The translations under genes were made by a program, and so were the position numbers. From positions 29,569-93,568 of the forward strand of contig JAZNXD010000027.1 of NCBI GenBank assembly GCA_045593685.1: DNA of 64,000 nucleotides, in the 5' to 3' direction. The notes under the pieces were generated by a model. That model ran no database searches. It was not told the DNA's origin and worked only from the letters and a program-made list of their open reading frames with translations. Below are positions 8,864 to 18,966 of this stretch, piece by piece (within the stretch, counting starts at the first letter, position 1; each line of letters starts with the position of its first letter). This DNA comes from Candidatus Enterousia sp. GTDB lineage: Bacteria; Pseudomonadota; Alphaproteobacteria; Rs-D84.

Positions 8864-9964
8864 TTAGGCGACCTTTTTCATATCGGATTTTATTTGACGG
8901 ACGTATTTGCGCAGTTCGTCAATCGGAACCAATGTGCCATCACGTTTTTGGGCAGACCAATAATCCCACCCATTGTAACTGACACAGCGTTGAATTTTTG
9001 CCGCCATGACATGGATTGATGCGCGGCCGTATAATTGGTGGGTCAGGTTCCCGTCCTGGGTAATCATGACGCGTTCGCCACGTGGGCTGACCAATGTTTG
9101 GCCAACGTACAACAGACCAGATTCGATTAATTCGCGGAACGCAACACGGATTTCGTCGCGTTTTGGTTTTGTAACCTCGATATCGGTCAGGTCGATTGGT
9201 GTTATGTTTTCAATGCGTGCACGTGCGGCGTTAACATATTCGGGTTCGCGTTCAATTCCGATAAATTGACGGCCCAATTCGCGCGCTGCCGCCGCCGTGG
9301 TGCCCGATCCCATAAATGGATCCAGGATAACGTCGCCCGGTTTTGTCGATGCCAAAATAACACGGTGTAGTAAATCCAATGGCTTTTGGGTGTTGTGCAG
9401 ACTTTTGCCGTTGGCACCCTTGATACGTTCTTCGCCCAGGCATATGTTCAAATCCCAATCCGAACGCATTTGTTTGCCACCATTTAATTTTTTCATGGTT
9501 TCGTAATTAAATGTATATTTGCCGGTCTTGGTCGGTGTGGCCCAAATTAATGTTTCATGTGCGTTGGTAAAACGTGTGCCACGAAAGTTTGGCATTGGAT
9601 TGGTCTTGACCCAGACAATATCATTTAAAATCCAAAAACCCATGTCCTGTAAGATTGAACCAACGCGAAAGATGTTATGATAACTGCCGATTGTCCACAT
9701 GGCGCCATTTGGTTTTAAAACACGTTTGCATTCGGCCAGCCAACGACGTGTAAATTCATCATACTCTGCGTTGGATGAAAATGCGTCCCATTCGTCGCGA
9801 ACCGCGCGTGCCGCCGTTTGATCTTCGGGGCGATATAATGTCTTGGCCCCCAGTTGCAAATTGTATGGTGGGTCTGCAAAAACAGCATCAACCGAACCGT
9901 CGGGAATCCCGCGCATTAATTCCAGGCAATCCCCCAGTAAAATTTGGTTCAGGTATTTGTTCAT
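8864..9964 (-). CDS. ccrM: CcrM-like N6-adenine DNA methyltransferase (beta class)
   Basis: ILLGDCLELM...VDAVFADPPYNLQL is motif IV as in CcrM, with C-terminal FMGSGTTAAAA as motif I. I chose ATG 9964 (MNKYLNQ). Confidence 0.8.
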   Translation of the reverse strand: MNKYLNQILLGDCLELMRGIPDGSVDAVFADPPYNLQLGAKTLYRPEDQTAARAVRDEWDAFSSNAEYDEFTRRWLAECKRVLKPNGAMWTIGSYHNIFRVGSILQDMGFWILNDIVWVKTNPMPNFRGTRFTNAHETLIWATPTKTGKYTFNYETMKKLNGGKQMRSDWDLNICLGEERIKGANGKSLHNTQKPLDLLHRVILASTKPGDVILDPFMGSGTTAAAARELGRQFIGIEREPEYVNAARARIENITPIDLTDIEVTKPKRDEIRVAFRELIESGLLYVGQTLVSPRGERVMITQDGNLTHQLYGRASIHVMAAKIQRCVSYNGWDYWSAQKRDGTLVPIDELRKYVRQIKSDMKKVA

Positions 9965-10135
9965 CTCTCTGTTTTCCCCCGTTAATGTATATTTTATCAC
10001 ATTTCGGGCGATAAAAATTTTGATGGGGGGACATTATTTTTAAATAAAGCGCTTGATTTTTTATAAAAATGCATTTTTGCAAAAAAATAAAATTACTTGC
10101 GCAAAGATGATTTGATTGCTACCGTATTGGGTACT

Positions 10136-10636
10136 ATGAGATGTCCATATTGCAATTCAAGGGATAGCAGGGTTACAGATTCACGCCCGGATATAGAAGA
10201 TGCGATTATTCGCCGTCGGCGGGTTTGTGAACAGTGTGGCGCCAAATTTACGACCGTTGAACGCGTGCAAATGCGCGATTTGATGGTGCGTAAAAATAGT
10301 GGCAAGTTAGAGGCTTTTGATCGTGAAAAATTGCGCCGCAGTATTAAATTGGCATGCAGAAACAGAGATGTGGGGGATGAACAAATTGAAAAATTGGTGA
10401 CGTCTATTCATCGCAGATTGGAAACTGAAACCCCGGATGATACGGTGACCAGTGTCCAGGTCGGTCAGATGGTGTCGGATTCTTTGCTGAATTTGGATCC
10501 GATTGCATTTGTGCGTTTTTCTTCGGTGTATCGCAAGTTTTCGCGTATTTCGGATTTTAAGAAGATTATTGCACAAATACCCGAAGATGATGAAGGCGCG
10601 GTTGTGTGTAAATTACCAAAAACGTCATTGTTCTGA
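10136..10636 (+). CDS. nrdR: Transcriptional repressor NrdR
   Basis: MRCPYCNSRDSRVTDSR...RRRRVCEQCGAKFTTVERV is the zinc ribbon, followed by an ATP-cone. Confidence 0.9.
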   Translation: MRCPYCNSRDSRVTDSRPDIEDAIIRRRRVCEQCGAKFTTVERVQMRDLMVRKNSGKLEAFDREKLRRSIKLACRNRDVGDEQIEKLVTSIHRRLETETPDDTVTSVQVGQMVSDSLLNLDPIAFVRFSSVYRKFSRISDFKKIIAQIPEDDEGAVVCKLPKTSLF

Positions 10637-10649
10637 AGTATTTAATAAT

Positions 10650-12374
10650 ATGAAGAAATTTATTTCCTTTTTTATAGGTTTGTTTTTGCCGCTGAATTTG
10701 TTGGCGGTGGATTTGCCACAGATTCTGACCGATGTGGATGCCAGTCTGTATGAACAAATTTTTATGCTGCAGGACAGGGAAAAGATTGATACCGCCATCA
10801 AGGTGGAAAATCAGATTGCGGATAAATTGCTGATGAACGAAGTTTTGTATCAGCGATATATTTCCGATACATATCGTACGCGCGGGGCGGAAATTGCGGC
10901 GTGGATGGAAAAATATTCCGATATGCCGGGCGCGGTGCGTATGGAAAAATTGGCAAAAATAAAGCAGGCCTCGGTCCGCAGGGCGCGTGTGCCAAATATT
11001 ATGACGGCGGCAGAACCGATTGAAACGGCCCAATCTGAAACATGGACGGCAAAAAAATATTCGGGGTCGACGGATAAAAAGATTAATGAGTTCAAGCGTG
11101 CCATTCGAACCGGATCAACCAAAATTGCGCGTCAGATACTAGAAGATAAAAAGTTCCGTAAAAAAATAAGCGAATCGGATTATGGACGTTTGGCGGGGCG
11201 TCTGTCGTATATATACTATACAAATGGTGAAATGGAATTGGCGAAAAAATGGGGCTTTGTTGCATCCGATGCGAATTCCGAGTATGGATTGTGGGCAATG
11301 GGTTTGCTGTATTTCAAAGAAGAAAATTATGCAGAATCGCAAAAGTATTTCAGTCGTATCTTGGATTTGCCACAGATTAATAATGCACGCAAGACCGAGG
11401 CCGCCTTTTGGGCCGGACGTGCCGCGGATTTTGCCGGAAAACGTGATGTGGCGAAAAAGTATTGGCGAATCGCGGCCACATATCCGATGGCCTTCTATGG
11501 GGCGTTGTCGGCGACCATGTTGGGGCAAAAACCGGAATATGAATTCTTTGAAAGTCAGGCGACGGATGAAGACTATGCGGAATTGGCAGAAACAAAATAT
11601 GGACGTATGGCGTTGGCATTGATTCAGGTCGGGCGCAAGGACAGGGCCGAAGAATATCTGAAATATTTAATTACGCCCAAGGCAACGGACCGAGTTTTGC
11701 ATGCGGTAAATTCTGTGGCGACCGAATTTAATATGGCGCGCCTGTCGGTACAATCGGCCAGTGTTATCAAAGACAGGGGAATCTTGGAAATTGATGACGA
11801 TATTATTTATTCGGCCCAGTATCCTTTGCCTGATTGGGAACCGTTGGGTGGGTGGTCTATTGATCGGGCGCTGTTGTTGGCGATTACCAAACAGGAAAGT
11901 AATTTCCGGGTGTCCGCAAAATCGGGGGCGGGCGCAAATGGGGTTATGCAATTAATGCCCAGTACCGCAAAACGTGTCGCACGTGCAAATAAGGTGGACC
12001 TGTCACAGATGGATATGTCAAACCCGGAACATAATATGTTTTTGGGACAACAATATATTGTGGATTTGTTGTCACATGACCGGGTGGAAAACAGCATTAT
12101 AAAAATGTTGGCGGCATATAACGCGGGTATGGGTACAATGGTAAAGTTTGAAAAGACCTTTTATACATACGACCCATTGTTGTATATCGAAAGTTTTCCG
12201 GCATACGAAACGCGCAGTTATATCAAACGCGTGATGTCGAATTTGTGGCTGTATCGTGCGCGATTGAATCAGCCGCTGACGTCCATGGAAGAATTGGCAA
12301 ATGGTAATTGGCCATTGTACAACAGTGAAGATGAATATGTACAACAACAGATATTGGAACGCATGACGATTTAA
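10650..12374 (+). CDS. Soluble lytic murein transglycosylase (Slt70-like)
   Basis: Signal peptide MKKFISFFIGLFLPLNLLAV, a helical repeat N-domain, and the catalytic SLT motif AITKQESNFR...GVMQLMPSTA. I chose start 10650 so it does not overlap nrdR. Confidence 0.85.
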   Translation: MKKFISFFIGLFLPLNLLAVDLPQILTDVDASLYEQIFMLQDREKIDTAIKVENQIADKLLMNEVLYQRYISDTYRTRGAEIAAWMEKYSDMPGAVRMEKLAKIKQASVRRARVPNIMTAAEPIETAQSETWTAKKYSGSTDKKINEFKRAIRTGSTKIARQILEDKKFRKKISESDYGRLAGRLSYIYYTNGEMELAKKWGFVASDANSEYGLWAMGLLYFKEENYAESQKYFSRILDLPQINNARKTEAAFWAGRAADFAGKRDVAKKYWRIAATYPMAFYGALSATMLGQKPEYEFFESQATDEDYAELAETKYGRMALALIQVGRKDRAEEYLKYLITPKATDRVLHAVNSVATEFNMARLSVQSASVIKDRGILEIDDDIIYSAQYPLPDWEPLGGWSIDRALLLAITKQESNFRVSAKSGAGANGVMQLMPSTAKRVARANKVDLSQMDMSNPEHNMFLGQQYIVDLLSHDRVENSIIKMLAAYNAGMGTMVKFEKTFYTYDPLLYIESFPAYETRSYIKRVMSNLWLYRARLNQPLTSMEELANGNWPLYNSEDEYVQQQILERMTI

Positions 12375-12655
12375 TTTATCTTGATTCGTTCATGAAAAAA
12401 TTGTTGATTTTTTAAGATGTAAATTTTATTATCTGTTGTGAATCCAAAGGGATTTGGTTTCGGGGTCGTAAGAAAGCCCGCAAAAAAGCGACGTGACGTT
12501 TGTCATGTTGAATCCGCGACAGGTAAAAGGTGCGCGATGCGCATTTTTTATTGTCAAAAATGCCCCGCATGGTCGGGGGGCCGTCAGTTATATAACAGGG
12601 GTTTCCCAAAGGCTGGCGGGGTCATGCTTTTTTGTGATTTTCTTAACCCACCCGA

Positions 12656-12684
12656 CCGCCAAATTTCTTTGGCGGCATTTTTTT
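12656..12684 (+). terminator. Intrinsic terminator inside the slt/autotransporter intergenic region
   Basis: CCGCCAAA-TTTC-TTTGGCGG followed by a T7 run. No credible CDS lies upstream of it. Confidence 0.6.
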
Positions 12685-12793
12685 AAGAAATCAAGTAGAA
12701 ATAGTATGTTTTTTCTATTGATTATTAAAAATAATGTGGTATGAATAATCCCATAGGGAAGTGGAATTTAATCTTACTTAGAAAGGAGTGGCT

Positions 12794-15700
12794 ATGTCCA
12801 ACAATAAACACTTTGCGGATTTGTTAAAGGTCTGCAGTATTTTGCCAGCCTTGGCGATTATGCCGGCGATGGCAGGCGAGAATATTGTAACTGGTGATGC
12901 ATCTTTATCGTATCAGGATGTTAAAATATCACATACGACAGCGGGGACAGATGATGCACTGGGGGTGAATGCACAGGGCAAGGCAACAATTGATTTTACT
13001 GGTGATATAACAAATATCGCTGTTAATGCAGAAGGAAATCCGAAATATAGTGCGGCGGTCTTTAACTATAACGGCAAGGGGACGGTGTTAAACTTTAATA
13101 CGGATAAGATAATCTTGTCCGCAACGGGATCAAGTAATTCTGTACTGGGGGTTCGTGTAAATGGCGATGGAGATGTTGTTAATTTAAATGGTGAAACAGA
13201 AATTAATGTATCGTCAGACTCGACAGCAATGTTGCGTGCGATTGATGTAACGGATGGCGGGTATGTTTCGTTGAATGATGACACAGTATTGAATTTAACA
13301 GGTGGTAAAGACGCAGCGGAAACTATTGGTATTTTATCCAGTGGTTCAAAAAGTGTAGATTTGGCCCAGGGCAAAGATTTAGCAATAAATGCATCTGGTG
13401 TGCGCGAGGTTTATGGTTTATATGCCCAATATGGTGGCACAATCAATATGGCCCAGGATACCGAAGTAGATATTCATTCAACCGCAACAGGCGGTGATGC
13501 GTATGGTGTTGTCAGTGGTTTTTATGCAGGAGCTGCGGGAACTATTGACAGCAAGGGTGAAATAGATATAGATGTTAGTGGCGATAATGCGTATGGGCTG
13601 TGGAATTTTGGTGGGTCATCTACACATATCGCGGATTTAGATATTGTTGCCACAGCCCAGCAAATAGCCAGAGGTATCTGGGTAACAGATGACAAGGTGG
13701 TGGATGAGAGCAAGGCCGAAACAACAGATGTTGTTATTGGCTCAGAGGGTTCAAAGACTAAAATCATTGCAAAGGGTGCTGATACAACAAATACCGCCGG
13801 CGTTTTGGCAGAAAAGTTAGAAAAAGATGTTGGATTAACAATCCTGGGGGATGTTGATATTGAATCTGATGGTTACGGGGTGTTAGCAAAAGGTGGTGCC
13901 GTTGCCAATATTGGTACAGAATATGCAAAAGAAATCAAAATTCTATCGGAATCGGGCAGAGCATTACGTGCTGAATATGGGGCTGTTTTGAATGTTGGGA
14001 ATGTAGATACAGAATCTGTTGATATTTCTACAAAAGATAACTATGCCATTATGGCTGTGTATGCTGATACTGTAGTTGATATAAAAGGTAAAAATATTGA
14101 TGTTTCCACAAGTGGTGACAAATATATGGCGGCATATGCAGGGCTTGCTGGTACTTTGAATATTGGTACAGAAGATACAGAAAATATTAATTTGTCTGCG
14201 ACTGATTATTCTGCAGTACAAGTATTAGAAGATGAATCCAAAATGGATATTACTGGAAAAAACATCGTTATTTCCAATAATGCAAACACTTGGGGTGCGG
14301 TTCATGTCGCAAATAAAACAGAGGATTCTGATTATGCGGATGTTGCGACGTTGGATATAAAGGGTGAAAATATCTTTATCAAAAACAGCGCGGAAAAGGG
14401 GGTTGGTGTTGCTGCAATGAGCCAGGGTGTTGTAAATATTGAAGGTAATACAACAATTCAGGCGCAAAAGGCCATTGCGGCACGTGGTGGCGCCAAAGTT
14501 AATGTTAATACATCTGGTGAAAATACTGTAAAGATGTTGGGTGATATTGACTTTGACTATGACAAGGCAACATCTGGTACCAGCATTGATGCATATATTG
14601 ATGTGACATTGGCGGGTGATGAGTCTTTCTGGACCGGGAATACTGTCGTGACTTATGACGAAAAGCCAGAAGCAGAAAAGTTAGCGGTTTCAAATGCTAA
14701 ACTGACTATGAAAGATGGTGCGGTTTGGAACGCAACAAAAATCACAGACAATAAAGCAGATGTTAAGGGGCGTTATTATACAGCGTTAAATGACCTGATT
14801 ATCAATGGTGGTACGGTAAATATCGCGGATACAACACGTGGTATCACGATTGATCGTATTGTTGCAAATGACGCGACGTTTACGGGCGGTATGCTGAACG
14901 TAAATGAAAGCATTGATATCGAATCCGGTGAAACGCTATTCAATGGCAACGTGACCGGGGCAGAGGGTGCCACACTGACATTGGCCAGTGGTGCAACCAT
15001 GGATATCGGTACATCTACGATCAAGTTTGATACAATGACACTTAATGGTACGGTTATTGCATCGGTTACAAATGGTCGTCCGTATGGTCATCTGTTTGGT
15101 GATATTACGGCCGGCGAAGATGCATTGTTGAAACTGAATGTCGGTTCGGTTGGTACATATAAAATCTTTAATGATGCAGATGCCAACATGAAAATTGACG
15201 CAGGTTTGGCATATGTTGTGACGAACAATGGTGCGGATGGTATCGTTGTTGAAACCAAATCAATCGAATCCTTGGCCGAAGATGCGGGGATTTCAACCCA
15301 GGCGGCCGGTGCAATCGCAGGTTTGACAATGACCCAGGATCCGGCACTGCAAAAGGTATCGTTGGCCGCACAACAGGCATTGAACAGTGGCGATGCATCA
15401 ATGATTGCAATGGTTGAACGCGAAACCAAAAAACTGAACCCAACGGATAAGCCGGTTGCCCAGGCGGCGGCAACATCTGTTCAGAACCAGGTTCTGTCAT
15501 TGGCGGCGGGCCGTATGTCGGGTGGTGCCGTTATGGGACGCGCCGGTGGTGATGAAATTGCCCAAGAAAATGGTTTCTGGGTCCAGGGATTGTTTAACAA
15601 GTCCAAATTCGCAGACGAATTCCATGGATATACACGTGGGGTTGCGCTGGGGGCGGATACAACAATCGATAAAACATGGACCGTTGGTGCGGGGTTGGCG

Positions 15701-16321
15701 TTTAATAATTCTGATGTTCATGCAGATGGTGTTCATACAGATATTGACAGCAAGACCCTGTTCGTATATGGCCAGTACAAACCAAGTAATTGGTTCGTAA
15801 ATGGTACCGCGACATATACAATGTCCGAATATACAGACAGTAAAACCGTGTTTGATGTTGTGTGGAACGATTCGTATGATGTTAATTCATATGGCGCGCA
15901 GGTTATGGGCGGATATGACTTTGCCGCCGGTATCACAACCGAAGCGGGTCTGCGTTATCTGCACATTGCCCAGGATGCAACCGGCTTTGCCCGGGCGCTG
16001 GATACGGACTTCCTGACGGGGGTTGCGGGTGTGAAATATGCGTTCGCAATTGAAAATGATTGGGCGATTAAACTGCGTCCGGAATTGCGTGCGGCATTGA
16101 CATATGATTGGTTGAATGATTCTGATGCAGCAATCGTTGATATGCCAGGTGTTGCAACTTATAAGGTTGATGGAGAGAACCTGAACCGTCTGGGCGCAGA
16201 ATTGGGGGCAGGTGTGACATTGGATTACAAAGGTCTGAAGGTCACATTGATGTATGATTTGGATTTGCACAAGGAATATACATCACAGACCGGTATGATT
16301 AAGTTCCGCAGTCGGTTCTGA
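12794..16321 (+). CDS. Autotransporter outer-membrane protein (large beta-helix passenger + beta-barrel)
   Basis: About 1175 aa with signal-like LPALAIMPAMAGE. The passenger is G/T/V/N/D-rich and repetitive. The C-terminal roughly 280 aa is an alternating amphipathic barrel ending ...MIKFRSRF. The SD aggag sits 6 nt before ATG 12794. Confidence 0.85.
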   Translation: MSNNKHFADLLKVCSILPALAIMPAMAGENIVTGDASLSYQDVKISHTTAGTDDALGVNAQGKATIDFTGDITNIAVNAEGNPKYSAAVFNYNGKGTVLNFNTDKIILSATGSSNSVLGVRVNGDGDVVNLNGETEINVSSDSTAMLRAIDVTDGGYVSLNDDTVLNLTGGKDAAETIGILSSGSKSVDLAQGKDLAINASGVREVYGLYAQYGGTINMAQDTEVDIHSTATGGDAYGVVSGFYAGAAGTIDSKGEIDIDVSGDNAYGLWNFGGSSTHIADLDIVATAQQIARGIWVTDDKVVDESKAETTDVVIGSEGSKTKIIAKGADTTNTAGVLAEKLEKDVGLTILGDVDIESDGYGVLAKGGAVANIGTEYAKEIKILSESGRALRAEYGAVLNVGNVDTESVDISTKDNYAIMAVYADTVVDIKGKNIDVSTSGDKYMAAYAGLAGTLNIGTEDTENINLSATDYSAVQVLEDESKMDITGKNIVISNNANTWGAVHVANKTEDSDYADVATLDIKGENIFIKNSAEKGVGVAAMSQGVVNIEGNTTIQAQKAIAARGGAKVNVNTSGENTVKMLGDIDFDYDKATSGTSIDAYIDVTLAGDESFWTGNTVVTYDEKPEAEKLAVSNAKLTMKDGAVWNATKITDNKADVKGRYYTALNDLIINGGTVNIADTTRGITIDRIVANDATFTGGMLNVNESIDIESGETLFNGNVTGAEGATLTLASGATMDIGTSTIKFDTMTLNGTVIASVTNGRPYGHLFGDITAGEDALLKLNVGSVGTYKIFNDADANMKIDAGLAYVVTNNGADGIVVETKSIESLAEDAGISTQAAGAIAGLTMTQDPALQKVSLAAQQALNSGDASMIAMVERETKKLNPTDKPVAQAAATSVQNQVLSLAAGRMSGGAVMGRAGGDEIAQENGFWVQGLFNKSKFADEFHGYTRGVALGADTTIDKTWTVGAGLAFNNSDVHADGVHTDIDSKTLFVYGQYKPSNWFVNGTATYTMSEYTDSKTVFDVVWNDSYDVNSYGAQVMGGYDFAAGITTEAGLRYLHIAQDATGFARALDTDFLTGVAGVKYAFAIENDWAIKLRPELRAALTYDWLNDSDAAIVDMPGVATYKVDGENLNRLGAELGAGVTLDYKGLKVTLMYDLDLHKEYTSQTGMIKFRSRF

Positions 16322-16438
16322 TGTGTTGGGTGATAGGTGAAACAAATCCCGCCAAATGGCGGGGTTTGTTTTGTGGTTGTGAATAAACTGTGTAATAGAA
16401 AAACCGCCGGGTGGCGGTTTCGTTTTTTTTTGTTTCGT

Positions 16439-16894
16439 TTAGAACGGGATATCGTCGCCGATGTCTGCAACAGATATTTCTTCGCGTGGGGCGGATGCCG
16501 GGGCAGATGCCGTGTATTCAGAACCCGCGCCGTCCATTGTTTTTGCGCCCGACAAGATTACCATTTGACCACCAAATGGGTTCAGAACAACTTCGGTTGT
16601 AAATACGTCCGCGCCACTTTGGTTTTGCCATTTACGTGTACGAAGCGAGCCCTCTATATATAATTTTGTTCCCTTTTGTAACATGCGTTCTGCAACTTCG
16701 ACCAAATTTGGGTTAAAGATTACAACGCGATGCCATTCGGTTTGTTCCTTTTGTTCACCGGTGGTGCGATCACGCCATCTGTCGGATGTTGCCAGGGAAA
16801 AACTGACCACTTTCTGACCGCTGCACATTGTGCGGACCTGGGGTTCTTGGCCGATGTTGCCGACCAGGATGACTTTATTTATACTGCCTGCCAT
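16439..16894 (-). CDS. ssb: Single-stranded DNA-binding protein
   Basis: [17 protein letters not shown]...TEWHRVVIF is the OB fold, with the acidic tip DDIPF at the C-terminus. Confidence 0.95.
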   Translation of the reverse strand: MAGSINKVILVGNIGQEPQVRTMCSGQKVVSFSLATSDRWRDRTTGEQKEQTEWHRVVIFNPNLVEVAERMLQKGTKLYIEGSLRTRKWQNQSGADVFTTEVVLNPFGGQMVILSGAKTMDGAGSEYTASAPASAPREEISVADIGDDIPF

Positions 16895-16976
16895 GTTCAC
16901 TTCCTTTGTTTTGTTTTTATCTGCTATGATTTGACCAAGAAAGTATTAAAAAAGCAAGGGCTTTTTGTGTGGTAAT

Positions 16977-18845
16977 TTAAAATTTCACCGTGCCACGTGC
17001 CAGGGCGTAAATTTCATCTGTGCCGTATGGGTTATCGACAAAGCCCGCCGTGATAAATTTGTATGTGGCAGAATATTCAACAGCAGGTGCGCCCGCCAGG
17101 TCGACTTTATGGTTATGATAGGTGTATTCGCCGTTGGCGCGACGTCCGGTCGGTGTGTTCAGGTACATGTTGCCGGATAAAATTGTTTCGGGAATACCCA
17201 CTGACAGTGCCCAGTCGCCATATCGGGCGCCAATTTGTGCGGTTGCCGTTGATATGTTTGAAAATCCGTTAATCATGGATTCTGTTGCGGGGGTGGGCTT
17301 GGTCATACCAATCGTCCATTTTTGGAACAGGGTGGTATTACCAATTTGTATATCGTTTTTATATCCGATAAATGTTGTGGTTGGATTGGTATCAGTTGCC
17401 AAGAATCCAGAACCCTGGAACAGGTTGTTTGCACGAAAACCAAATTCAATGTTTCCCAATTCAATCGATTGATTATACTGTTCCGTCAGGCGTTCATATC
17501 CGATGCCGCGATTTTTGATTGAAATATTGTCGTTCAGTTGTGTCGCAAATGCGCGCCCAAAGGAATCGACAAATGCAAATTGTATTTTCTGTGATTTAAT
17601 TTTGTGCCCAATCGTGCCACCAACGCGTGCGGTCTGTAATTCAACCCGTGTGCCATCCGCCAGGGGAACCAATGCGGCGCCAACCGGTCGTGTTGCACGT
17701 TCCAGGTCCAACATGCCGTGGCCATAAACCGCGTCTATACCGGCGTCGCCCAAATCGCGTGCGGTTGTAAACAGCAGTTGTGTGATTTCCGGGGATGTCA
17801 TATATGGAAAGGCTTCGCGGATAACCGAAATGGCGGCTGAAACGATTGGGGCGGCGAAACTGGTGCCGTCCAATGGGGTGGCGGTCTTGGGGGAATCCAG
17901 TGCCACGCCCGGTGCGGTTATACAATAGTTTTGTGTGATACCACACCCATTACTGAAATCGGCCAGGGTGCCCAGGTTACTGTCCCATGCAACCACATTG
18001 ACAAAGTGGCCGTTTAACTGTGTGATGTGTAATGGCAATGCGGACAGGGCGCTGGATTCCGAATTGTATCCATTGCCCGCGGCCCATACCAGGATTGCAT
18101 CGTTTTGTTCGACGGCATTGATTAAAGAATTTACGAAACCACGACTGGTCAGGTTTATCATGTGCTGGCGATTTTTTACCTGGGATGCGGATACGTTGGT
18201 GATTTCCCAACTAAAATTATAAACGTTTGCGTTTTGGGCTGTTGCCGTGTTTATGGTTTCGCCAATCTTGTTGAACGAATAGAAATTGCCATGTTGGTCT
18301 GTGATTTGGTACGATGCAACATGTGCGTTTGGGGCGATTTGTCCCGATGATAAATATGCGACATTGCCACCGTGCCATGTGTTTTTGCCGAAATCAAAAA
18401 CCGCGACATTGGAACCTGCGCCTGTGTACCCACGTGCCAACGAGTATGCCGCACGAATATCTTCGTATTGGTTGTTATTGCGGATGTATTCAGAATTGTT
18501 TCTGATGGCGGATAATGTGATGTTATCTACATCATTGCCGACCAAGTTATATGTAGTGGACATGGTTGGGGATTTTACCGGTATAACCGTTGATGCAGAA
18601 GAGTGGTTGGAATCATTGGATGATGACAGGCCGATAATTGCAACGGTGCCCCCAATGGCGGCCAATGCGCCACCCGCAATGGCGGCGGTGGTGGCAAAAG
18701 ACAGGCCAGAATCTGTGTCGACCGATACGCATTTGTCGAGGTTGTATCTGCGATAGATTTCGTTGTCGCAATTATCTGCCATGACGGGCATGGCGCAAAT
18801 CACGCCCGATAAAAACGCCGATAAAAATCTTAGTTCCTTGCCCAT
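16977..18845 (-). CDS. Subtilisin-family (S8) serine protease autotransporter
   Basis: Catalytic triad contexts VAVFDFG (Asp), WHGGNVA (His) and GTSFAAPIVSAA (Ser). The C-terminal beta-barrel ends ARGTVKF. Signal peptide MGKELRFLSAFLSGVICAMPVMA follows a ggagg SD. Confidence 0.8.
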   Translation of the reverse strand: MGKELRFLSAFLSGVICAMPVMADNCDNEIYRRYNLDKCVSVDTDSGLSFATTAAIAGGALAAIGGTVAIIGLSSSNDSNHSSASTVIPVKSPTMSTTYNLVGNDVDNITLSAIRNNSEYIRNNNQYEDIRAAYSLARGYTGAGSNVAVFDFGKNTWHGGNVAYLSSGQIAPNAHVASYQITDQHGNFYSFNKIGETINTATAQNANVYNFSWEITNVSASQVKNRQHMINLTSRGFVNSLINAVEQNDAILVWAAGNGYNSESSALSALPLHITQLNGHFVNVVAWDSNLGTLADFSNGCGITQNYCITAPGVALDSPKTATPLDGTSFAAPIVSAAISVIREAFPYMTSPEITQLLFTTARDLGDAGIDAVYGHGMLDLERATRPVGAALVPLADGTRVELQTARVGGTIGHKIKSQKIQFAFVDSFGRAFATQLNDNISIKNRGIGYERLTEQYNQSIELGNIEFGFRANNLFQGSGFLATDTNPTTTFIGYKNDIQIGNTTLFQKWTIGMTKPTPATESMINGFSNISTATAQIGARYGDWALSVGIPETILSGNMYLNTPTGRRANGEYTYHNHKVDLAGAPAVEYSATYKFITAGFVDNPYGTDEIYALARGTVKF

Positions 18846-18966
18846 AAAACCTCCGTCTTGGGTGGCAACAACGCCACACACTATAAATATAGTACAAACG
18901 TTTGCTTTGTCAAGATAAAGGGCGCTTTTGTGGCTATGAAAAATCCCCCGTTTTTGGGGGATTGTC

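Noticed and set aside
12412-12744. Three 65-83-aa ORFs in the slt/autotransporter intergenic region
   Set aside because: They have no SD, overlap one another, have odd Cys/Arg/Phe-rich composition and span a terminator. The region is better explained as non-coding RNA or a leader (see findings).
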